From a virus (taxonomy: Duplodnaviria > Caudoviricetes), in the IMG/VR virus record IMGVR_UViG_3300037483_000835, positions 1 through 61,359 of that record: 61,359 nucleotides of DNA; one strand, given 5' to 3'. The position numbers were made by a program, and so were the translations under genes. The notes under the pieces are model-generated. The model ran no database searches and was not told where the DNA came from. It was given only the letters and a program-made list of their open reading frames with translations. Below, piece by piece: positions 1 through 7,900 of the stretch; position 1 is the stretch's first letter; every line of letters begins with the position of its first letter.

Positions 1-9
1 CTGGACCCC

Positions 10-558
10 ATGGAATCGTCCGGACTGGCCCGGAAGGTCGCCTGGTATATCGACGACCTCGTCGGCATGTACTACATGGGCGCGGCCGAGTACGAGTTCG
101 GGGGCATCCCCAACGCCATCCAGTATTTGACCAAGGCTGCCGATTCGACGACCGAGGTTGTCGTGCCCGCGGCCAAGATACCTCGAAACTTCTTCCGGGG
201 TAATCCGTACTACGACAAGGAAGGGGCTGAGCTGGAGCATCTCAAGGGCTTGAAGAAGTTGACCAAGGTTAAGAAGGCTCGATTGGCTGAGCTGGAAGCC
301 AAGGGCGCGCAAGCGCGGCCCGACCTCAAGCTCTTCTACGTGGGGCCGCAAGAGTACCTCCAGTTCATCCCCAGCCTCGTCGAGGACATGGTGGCCGGCC
401 GTCAACGCAACAAGAACGGCAACCATTTCCAGTCCCTCGCCGACCCGGTGACAGAATATGACCGGAATATCATCGGCTGGCTCTGTATCGACTATCCCTT
501 TTTCCTGGTGAAGGACGAGTCCGTCTTCAAGTCCCTTTGCCAGCTTTTCGGAGTGTGA
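10..558 (+). CDS. hypothetical phage protein (may extend beyond the window start)
   Basis: 182-aa ORF with an MGAAEYEFG motif, tightly followed by the next ORF. Confidence 0.7.
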   Translation: MESSGLARKVAWYIDDLVGMYYMGAAEYEFGGIPNAIQYLTKAADSTTEVVVPAAKIPRNFFRGNPYYDKEGAELEHLKGLKKLTKVKKARLAELEAKGAQARPDLKLFYVGPQEYLQFIPSLVEDMVAGRQRNKNGNHFQSLADPVTEYDRNIIGWLCIDYPFFLVKDESVFKSLCQLFGV

Positions 559-559
559 T

Positions 560-754
560 ATGAGACTAGCCGAGTGGTTCGACCCCAAGAATCCCGAGCA
601 CCTGAAGGCTTACAAGTGGCTCAACATAGTAGGCTCGTGGCCTCCCGCGTTCTACAAGGAGATGATAGCCGCGGGGGTCAAAATCGAAACGGGCTGGTCC
701 TACGGTGTTGCTTCGAAGCTGGCGGACGCGTACATTGCGGAGAAAGTACCGTGA
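560..754 (+). CDS. small hypothetical phage protein
   Basis: 64-aa ORF with upstream GGAG; its stop overlaps the GTG start of the ligase (GTGA). Confidence 0.7.
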   Translation: MRLAEWFDPKNPEHLKAYKWLNIVGSWPPAFYKEMIAAGVKIETGWSYGVASKLADAYIAEKVP

Positions 755-1836
755 ACAACTGGAACGTCATCGAAATCGAACCTACGCCTGCTCGTGGTAA
801 GTTCGTCAACAAGCTGCTCGACGACCCGAATTACGCCGCCGAGAAAAAGGAGGACGGCGACCGGCGTACTGGACAAATCTACTGGGAACAGCGCGAGCAT
901 GGCTTCCAGGTGCCCTTGATGCACTTCGCTGGCCGGCGGGTCTCCGTCGAGACCGGGAAGATGGCGGAGAAGAGCCAGAATGTTCCCCACATCACCCGGT
1001 GCCAGTCCGTGGCAAACTGGGGCTACGACAGCGCTTTGATGGAGCGACAAATCCGTCTTGCTGGCACGGTATTTGACGGCGAATGCGTTCTGCCGGCTGA
1101 ATTCGTGCGGCCTCTCAATGACCCCCGCGGAGGTCTATCCAAGTACGTGACCCGGGTCATGGGCTGTGGCACGTGGGAGAAAGCCCGCGAGCGCCAAGAA
1201 CAGTCTGTCGAGGATGGGGGCGTTGGCGGGAAGATGCGCTACTCAGTCTTCGACCTTCTCTTCTACCACGGACGAGACCTGCGTGATTTGCCACTCTGTG
1301 AGCGCCGCAAATGGCTCCTGGAAGCCGTCACCTGTCTGGGCAACCCCTACATCACAGCTACCGAGCATGTCGTAGAGGACAAACGCGCGTTCCTGGAGCG
1401 TACTCTGGACGCAGGCGACGAAGGCATCATCCTGAAGAAGCTGGATGCCCCGTACGGCCAACATCTCACCTGGGTCAAGCAGAAGGTCAAAATCAATGCC
1501 GATGTGGTTATCATCGGCTTCGACCCACCCGAGCAGTTCTCGAAGAAGGTAACCGGAGAAATCTCCGAGACCAAATTCTGGAAAAAGGGCTGGATTTCCG
1601 CGGTCCAGTTCGGGCAATACCGCGACGGCATTATGTGGCCTTGCGGCACCATGAGCGGCATGACGGACAAGTTCCGTGCCGAGCTGACCGAGAACCAGGA
1701 GAAGTACCTTGGGCGCGTCGTCGAGGTCGAGGCCAACGGCCGCGAGCCCACGGGTGCATTCCGGCATCCACGCTGGGAGCGACTCCGGGACTCCAAGACA
1801 GCGGCGCAATGCGTCTACGATCCGGACGAAACATGA
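751..1836 (+). CDS. lig: ATP-dependent DNA ligase
   Basis: Motif I EKKEDGDR (KxDGxR), FDGE, FDLL, EGIILK, WVKQK and OB-fold FRHPRW..R..K; start placed at GTG 751 rather than 574. Confidence 0.92.
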   Translation: MNNWNVIEIEPTPARGKFVNKLLDDPNYAAEKKEDGDRRTGQIYWEQREHGFQVPLMHFAGRRVSVETGKMAEKSQNVPHITRCQSVANWGYDSALMERQIRLAGTVFDGECVLPAEFVRPLNDPRGGLSKYVTRVMGCGTWEKARERQEQSVEDGGVGGKMRYSVFDLLFYHGRDLRDLPLCERRKWLLEAVTCLGNPYITATEHVVEDKRAFLERTLDAGDEGIILKKLDAPYGQHLTWVKQKVKINADVVIIGFDPPEQFSKKVTGEISETKFWKKGWISAVQFGQYRDGIMWPCGTMSGMTDKFRAELTENQEKYLGRVVEVEANGREPTGAFRHPRWERLRDSKTAAQCVYDPDET

Positions 1837-1958
1837 AACGCATCGGCGAGTTGGTGGCTACCGCAGCAGTAGGGTTCTTCGTCGCAGCAGGCATCATAAC
1901 ACTGCTCATCTGTACGTGGAGCATCGGCCATATGGCCAGAAAGGGAGGGGAGTCGTGA
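1833..1958 (+). CDS. small membrane protein
   Basis: ATGA overlap with the ligase stop; MKRIGELVATAAVGFFVAAGIITLLICTWS is one hydrophobic helix. Confidence 0.55.
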   Translation: MKRIGELVATAAVGFFVAAGIITLLICTWSIGHMARKGGES

Positions 1959-2185
1959 ACATCATCGGAATCGTCTCGAAGCAGAAGCGCATTGGCAACC
2001 AGGGGTCGTACTACCAGCTTACCACCGAAGCTGGGGTCGAGTTGGCCATCACCATGACTGAGTCCGTGAATTCGGGCGACGACGCCAAGGTCCTGGAGCC
2101 GCTCATCGGCAAGAAGATCGAGGCTGTCGGTATCATTCGCAAGGGCGTGTCGCAGCTCATGGCTTTTTCGGTCAAGATGCTGTAG
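1955..2185 (+). CDS. small hypothetical protein (possible OB-fold)
   Basis: GTG start after GGAGGGGAG; beta-rich 76-aa product. Confidence 0.55.
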   Translation: MNIIGIVSKQKRIGNQGSYYQLTTEAGVELAITMTESVNSGDDAKVLEPLIGKKIEAVGIIRKGVSQLMAFSVKML

Positions 2186-2214
2186 TATAGCAGAACATCT
2201 CCCAAGGAGAACAT

Positions 2215-2715
2215 ATGTCGCCCACTGAACGAGACTACCAGAGACACGACGAAATCAAGGCTGAGTTGATTGCGAAGATGTTCAATCAACTCATCGACGC
2301 TTCCAAGGAATATCTCACTGACGGAAGACGCTACATCTCATTCGACACGGTCACTGAACTCAAAGCCGTCACTGCGGCTTTTCTGGCCAACGAACGCGTC
2401 AAGGACCTCACACTGCCAGCAACTGGAGTTAGCGACAAAATCCTCAAAGAGGTCGTCGTTAGTTTCGATGGACAGGTCGTCTTCCGTAACGGGTTCAAGG
2501 ACCTCGACGACCGATTCAAGCACCCTGAGGTACTCGAACAGGCCGCGCGGCGCCGTCAGGCTGAGGAGTCCGCCGGAACATTGACCGTTACTCAGCTACG
2601 AGAACAGGTTAAGCAACTTCAGGACCAGGTCGATAGCCTGAAGAAGACGATCGACGGTATCCCGAACGCAGTCAAGCAGGCCATCGAGGAATACACGAGG
2701 CCCGTCTCCGGCTAA
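2215..2715 (+). CDS. hypothetical protein with C-terminal coiled coil
   Basis: AAGGAG RBS; heptads LREQVKQLQDQVDSLKKTID. Confidence 0.75.
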   Translation: MSPTERDYQRHDEIKAELIAKMFNQLIDASKEYLTDGRRYISFDTVTELKAVTAAFLANERVKDLTLPATGVSDKILKEVVVSFDGQVVFRNGFKDLDDRFKHPEVLEQAARRRQAEESAGTLTVTQLREQVKQLQDQVDSLKKTIDGIPNAVKQAIEEYTRPVSG

Positions 2716-2763
2716 CACAGGTTGCGCCTCTCGACGGATAATCCCTCGACTGGCGCTTAGTAA

Positions 2764-2851
2764 CCAGGATACATCGACGACATCGTCTAACGGTAAGACG
2801 CCCGACGGGGAAACGCGAGTTCGACTCTCGCTGGGTGTCGATGTATCCTGG
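2764..2851 (+). ncRNA. tRNA-like RNA lacking an anticodon loop, with a long closing stem
   Basis: D-arm GTCT-AACGGTA-AGAC (2785-2799), T-arm GCGAG-TTCGACT-CTCGC (2815-2831), 3-bp stub CCC-GAC-GGG in place of the anticodon arm, perfect 15-bp closing stem 2764-2778/2837-2851; intergenic. Confidence 0.75.
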
Positions 2852-2872
2852 GCAGTTGACAAGGAGAACGAT

Positions 2873-3118
2873 ATGACCGGACGAATCCTGTGCGTGGGTC
2901 GTAGATGTAACACGGTCGGCGAAGCTGTCGAAACTCGTACACCCACCAACCGCTTCTATGACTTCGATTCGGACCGGTATATCACAACCGGCGGTGAGGT
3001 AACGACGCGAATCCTATGGACCTTCGTCGGCGGTAACACCGAATCCGAAGAGTGGCCGAGCGGTCGAACCTACCTCCCAACGATGTGCCCGCGCTGCTAC
3101 AAGCCGACAAGGGGTTGA
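2873..3118 (+). CDS. small Cys-containing hypothetical protein
   Basis: AAGGAG RBS; CxxxxC and CxxC pairs. Confidence 0.65.
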   Translation: MTGRILCVGRRCNTVGEAVETRTPTNRFYDFDSDRYITTGGEVTTRILWTFVGGNTESEEWPSGRTYLPTMCPRCYKPTRG

Positions 3119-3143
3119 CGGCACTCTCCGGCTTTGGTAGTAT
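3115..3143 (+). promoter_or_regulatory. sigma70-type early promoter
   Basis: TTGACG-N17-TAGTAT; ATG at 3151 lies 7 nt downstream. Confidence 0.75.
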
Positions 3144-3150
3144 TCTGGTC

Positions 3151-3339
3151 ATGAACAAACTGACCGCCGACTACGTAGCCCACAAATTCGAACTGGCTAT
3201 TGCTGACGTCGTTCTCCAGGCGTCCTACGACCTGCGCGCTCATGGCGAGGACGAGATGGCCCGTCGAGTCTACGACCTCTACGTGTCTGGACGCTATATC
3301 GAGGCCGAGAAGCTCATTCGTAGCCGATTCCAGAAGTAG
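3151..3339 (+). CDS. small early hypothetical protein (probably leaderless)
   Basis: MNKLTADY... starts at the predicted transcription start. Confidence 0.6.
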   Translation: MNKLTADYVAHKFELAIADVVLQASYDLRAHGEDEMARRVYDLYVSGRYIEAEKLIRSRFQK

Positions 3340-3343
3340 GCAC

Positions 3344-3372
3344 TTGACGCGAACCCGACCGTCTGGTAAGGT
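3344..3372 (+). promoter_or_regulatory. sigma70-type early promoter
   Basis: TTGACG-N17-TAAGGT; ATG at 3380 lies 7 nt downstream. Confidence 0.65.
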
Positions 3373-3379
3373 ACCGCTC

Positions 3380-3589
3380 ATGAGCAAGATGACAAAGACA
3401 AACGCGGCGGACGTGAAGGTCGGCGACGTAATCAAATACAACGGCGTTTGCCACACGGTGCGTGGCGTGTTGAGCCGCCGGGTTCGCCGCCCCGCTCTCG
3501 AAAAGCACTTCGGGCGCCGCGTCACGATTCGCGTGGACGCCGGCTTTATCCCGCTCGCCGAAATCGACTCCATCTGCGTCGTTCGGTAA
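3380..3589 (+). CDS. small basic hypothetical protein (SH3/KOW-like)
   Basis: AADVKVGDVI motif; start at the predicted transcription start. Confidence 0.6.
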   Translation: MSKMTKTNAADVKVGDVIKYNGVCHTVRGVLSRRVRRPALEKHFGRRVTIRVDAGFIPLAEIDSICVVR

Positions 3590-3594
3590 TTCTC

Positions 3595-3852
3595 ATGGGC
3601 AAGACAACTACTCCGAAGTACGTGATGACGATGGACTGCAACGGCATCCGCGCTTCCGACTCCTGCTGGCGCGGGCGCGCGACCGAGAAGGCGCTCCGCG
3701 CTCACCTGGTCGCCTACAACGAGTCCCTGAAGACCGGCGGCGTCAACGAGCGCGTGGGTGAGATTTTCGGCCTGTGGAAGTCTACCGCTATCCACGGAAC
3801 CATCATCCGCAACGACAGCACGCGCGAGGTAGTCGCGGAGGTCACGCTCTAA
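3595..3852 (+). CDS. hypothetical phage protein
   Basis: MGKTTTPKY...; packed operon, strong GC3 codon bias. Confidence 0.65.
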   Translation: MGKTTTPKYVMTMDCNGIRASDSCWRGRATEKALRAHLVAYNESLKTGGVNERVGEIFGLWKSTAIHGTIIRNDSTREVVAEVTL

Positions 3853-4064
3853 TGCCACGATTTTGCCGAGTTCACCCCGAGGTCCGAATCTCCTCCGACG
3901 ACGAGATGTTCGACGGAGTCTGCGGCCGGTGCGAAATGGAGGCGAGCTACGAAGAGCCCGTCTCATGTATCGACTGCGATATCAACGACAACTGTCCAGG
4001 GTTCGAGTCCTGCCCGAAGCTCGACCACGGCAACGACGAATATCGCACAGCGCTAGGAGAATGA
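3852..4064 (+). CDS. small Cys-rich hypothetical protein
   Basis: TAATG overlap; CxxH, CxxC and CxxC motifs. Confidence 0.55.
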   Translation: MPRFCRVHPEVRISSDDEMFDGVCGRCEMEASYEEPVSCIDCDINDNCPGFESCPKLDHGNDEYRTALGE

Positions 4065-4420
4065 CCATGTCCGTCAAAAATATCGAAACGCGGTTCTCGT
4101 ACTCGAACCTACGAGTTCTCCATGTCTTCACCGGAATTCGTGAGCTTGGGTTCAACGAACGCGGCTCGTTCGTCATCAGCGCATGGACGACGGAGGTCGC
4201 ATACCATCGCGGTAGCTACTTCACGGTCATCCCCATCAGCCCCGTCGAGTATAGGCGCAAGTATCCGTCCGCCACCTCGTTCCGTCGAGAATGCAACAAC
4301 CTCACCGTCCTCGACGACTATGGCACGGAGTACGCCATTTACGCACCAGATCACGTCCTAGACGTTCTGGTCGCGGACTGTATCGCCAACGAGATTCCTG
4401 AGCAAACGGAGACGCCATGA
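4061..4420 (+). CDS. hypothetical protein
   Basis: AGGAG RBS and ATGA overlaps at both ends. Confidence 0.65.
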   Translation: MTMSVKNIETRFSYSNLRVLHVFTGIRELGFNERGSFVISAWTTEVAYHRGSYFTVIPISPVEYRRKYPSATSFRRECNNLTVLDDYGTEYAIYAPDHVLDVLVADCIANEIPEQTETP

Positions 4421-4683
4421 AGGCCATCTACAAGTACCCGCTCTCCGTCACCGACGAACAGCACATCCTGATGCCAGAAGGTGCAGAAGTATTGTCCGTC
4501 CAGACCCAGCACGGTGAGCCGTTCCTCTGGGCCCTTGTCAAAACAGACAAGCCAAATCGGCGGCGGACATTCCACATCTACGGCACCGGCAACCCTGTGC
4601 CCGATGACGAGGAAGCCTCCCGTTTCATCGGGACTTTCCAAATCCTGGGCGGTGGCTTCGTTGGTCACGTCTTCGAGAAGTAG
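4417..4683 (+). CDS. conserved small phage protein
   Basis: KAIYKYPL...YGTG...IGTFQ...VGHVFE pattern common in phage hypothetical proteins. Confidence 0.75.
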   Translation: MKAIYKYPLSVTDEQHILMPEGAEVLSVQTQHGEPFLWALVKTDKPNRRRTFHIYGTGNPVPDDEEASRFIGTFQILGGGFVGHVFEK

Positions 4684-4704
4684 GTCTCCGTCGAAGGGAT
4701 AATT

Positions 4705-4956
4705 ATGCATGCCGTGATGTTTGAGCCCCGATGCGCCAAAATCCACTGCCAGCACCCCGCATCAGACCATGTGGGCGGCAGGGGCGCCTGTAACTGGCCT
4801 AGCTGCGTGTGTTTCGAATTCGAGGCAGCAGTGCCCGCGGTCACGCCAATGAAGCCTCGTTTCGATTCGCTCTTCTTCTGCTACTGCTGCGGCCGACAAG
4901 GATGTACGGTGTCGAAGTGTCCGTACTTCAAGTCAGCCAAGCCTATCCAGAGCTAA
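4705..4956 (+). CDS. Cys/His-rich zinc-binding hypothetical protein
   Basis: CxHxxxxH...CxxxxCxC and further Cys clusters. Confidence 0.55.
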   Translation: MHAVMFEPRCAKIHCQHPASDHVGGRGACNWPSCVCFEFEAAVPAVTPMKPRFDSLFFCYCCGRQGCTVSKCPYFKSAKPIQS

Positions 4957-4959
4957 GGT

Positions 4960-7900
4960 CTACCAGGACTCCAGGCCGGCCCACCGTCTATTAACAGCCT
5001 CAGACAGATTGCCCGACACGCTACGAAGAGCCTGGAGCCGGCCCCACACCGCCTTGATGATGGTGTCGTCAACACCGTAGACCCTCATCTCTCGCTCGGT
5101 CATCTCGGGCGTGAAGTCCTCAACAAGCCACTTCTTGAGGATGTCATCCTCGTACTTGCCCAGACGCGGCATGTGCTTGATTCGCTCCTCGGGCGACTTC
5201 TTCTTAAAGTCAGAGTCCGGCGCGAACACGCGCAAGTAGAACGGAATAAAGCTCTTAGTGTCATGAGCAGGGTCGAACTTAGGGCCAGCCAGGGCGGCGC
5301 CGTGATCGATTAAAGCAACCGAGCCACCTTCGTTCACCAAAAGGTTTTGGCCGTGACTATCGGTATTACCCAGGATTCCATCCAGTAATGCCCATCGGTG
5401 AATCTGACCAGCCGAAAGATAAGGAGTCAATACTTCACGTCCCTTGTATTGCTTCTCCCGGTTTTTCTCGTCTAGAGACTTCCAGTCTGAGCCCAGCAGG
5501 CTGATAGCAGACCATTCCTGCGCGTTGACTATAATCAGCTCAGCGTGCGGGATAACTCCTCCGAGATGGACCTTATCCGCCACGTGCCAAAAGCACGCCT
5601 CACGACGGGGTTGACTCACCGAGCCATCTCGAGCGCCGGCTGCTGGAGACTGCTTCCCGCCTGGGGGCTTCAAGAGGAAAACCTTGCCTGAGTGAGGGTC
5701 GCGGCAAGCCATCGCGCCCCTCGAATGCTTACCGGACAACTTCAGATGAACCACGTTGCCGGCGCGTACGGCCCGCTCAACAGCTTCGGCAAAATCAACC
5801 GCCCTTTCGTTGCCAGGTTGAACAGAATGGATACCGATAGGCTGTGACCCCTCGGACTTTGATAGCGCCCGAGCCTTGCCACCCTGGAGCTGTACCACTG
5901 CGGCCAGCGCCCGCATATTCTTCTCAGAATCACCCAGGTCGACCGCATGCAACGCAGCACGCACCTCGTCGCCATAAACGGCCAGTCCCTGCTGGAACTT
6001 ATCCGCATCGAATCGCTTGCGCGCCAGGAAACACGCCGCCGCCAGGACCAGCTCAAATCGGTCGTTATGGCCAAGCTGTGCGAGGGCAGTGCGGTGCTCT
6101 CCGGGCTCGAGGTCACTGCCCGGCAGCGTCAACGCAGACAGCTCCGTCTGCTCCTTGCGCGGGCCTCCTTGGAATGGGAATTTGGGGTCACCAGACTCGT
6201 CCGGTCGATAATCTTTCTCTCCGTTAAACGCCGGCCCGCGTGAAAGAGACTCGCTCTTCCCGAATTTACGACCGGGCTGCGCCCACAACTTCTCGGCCTC
6301 CTCCGACTGCATATCACTGGGCAGTACCTTCTCACCCGTGGTGTTCTCGAAGTGCTGGTACATCGCGCTCGCGATACCCTTGCGCTGATGCTCGGGCTCG
6401 ACGTAAGTCAAATGCGGTATATTGCCGCCGTGACGCAGAGACAACCCAATAAGCGAACGTCCCACCTGTACGCCATTACGGTCGTGTGCGAGAACTTCCA
6501 GACCTGAGGGGTGAGGCTTCGACGAGATGGTGTAACCGAGGCTCGGGTCAAGGTCGCGCTTCTGGAAGGGCTTCCAGTTAATGGCGCCCTTAGGCTGGAT
6601 AATTTCGGCCTTGCCCGGCTGGTAGCTTTCATGGGGCTCGAAGAATACCTGCCGACCACTGTTCGAAACCCAAACTTTCTTCGCTGGCACGGCCCGCAGC
6701 TTAAATCCTTTTTGACGCAATTTACCGAGAGTGCCTGCACTGAACCACTCGACAGCATCCTCAGGCTTAACAAACCCAAAATTTACATCAGAGGGATGAT
6801 TATGCCATTCGTCCGTGCCCTGCCAGTCCTTAGTCGGGACTGGCCGTTTTGGCGTAACTTTTCCCGTACCGATACCTTCAGCGGCATAAGGGCCCCGACC
6901 CCAGTCATCCTCTATTCGATAAACTATACGAGGCTTCACCGGGTCATCATGTAATACGGCCATCTTCACCAATGGCTGCTCGCCCTTACTTAAACCGAAC
7001 GGACCTACCTCATGGAATGCCTTCGCCGCCAATTCGTCGGGATCATCGCCCACATTCGCAAGGTCGTCATACAGGTCCTTCGCCCAGCTCGCAGGACGAT
7101 ACGGACGGTAATTGTGGTAAGGAGGCTTCTTCGCGAACATCTTAGGATGCTTGAGCGAAAGGAGATGGGCCTTGGGATCGAACAGCTCCTTGCCTACCCG
7201 CAGCCACACATGCTCACCCTGGTCTTCCTTATCGCCATGTGGCCATGCGGCTGCGCCCGCATCCATCGCAGCCTTGACACCGCCTAGCGCCCCAATCCGA
7301 CGAACTACATCCGCTATACCACCACACTCCTTGTGTAGTTCGGGTGACAATTTGTGTACAACTTCCGTGGCGCGCTTCAGGTACTGGACCTGAGCCGAGT
7401 CGGGCTCTTCATTTACCGATACTGCCGGTCCCTTCCATTTCTGTTCAGGAGAAAGACCAGGATACATGTCAGCTCGTAGCGGTCCAGACTTCCCGTAGAC
7501 CGTCGCCATCTTTTGAAGATTCGCCGGTCGAATACCCGCAACCCTGACGTCGCCAGCTACTACGTCGTGTGGCCAGTAGACCCGGTCGTCGTAGTGCGTA
7601 GGCGGACTATCGGTCTCGAAGTAGACCAGCACATCACCCGCATCGCGGTCTTTCTCCCAAGCATGATAATGATAATCTTTCGCAGGATGCGCAAATACGG
7701 CTTGGCCGTCCAATATCTCGTCCGTAGGCTCGGTAGGAATTACCTTATCCTGGACGAGCCGACGAGCTTGGTCAAGGTTCTTGGCGCGGAAGAAGTAGCC
7801 CTGGTGCTCTTCGTCCTTCGAACGTTGCGACATCCATTCCCGTAGCTTCACCGGCCACCAGTCGGTTTCGGACTTGGCGAGAGGCTTGGGCCAGGGCTTG

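Noticed and set aside
574-750. N-terminal extension of the ligase ORF
   Set aside because: Overlaps the 560..754 gene; GTG at 751 gives a typical GTGA coupling and keeps all ligase motifs
2764-2851. Calling the element a Y RNA (YrlA) or a functional tRNA
   Set aside because: No anticodon loop or CCA; arm order is not permuted as in YrlA, and I see no bulged Ro60-binding helix or Ro60 gene in the window
3097-3966. 289-aa minus-strand ORF
   Set aside because: Antisense to several plus-strand genes that have clear promoters; Arg-rich with no recognisable motifs
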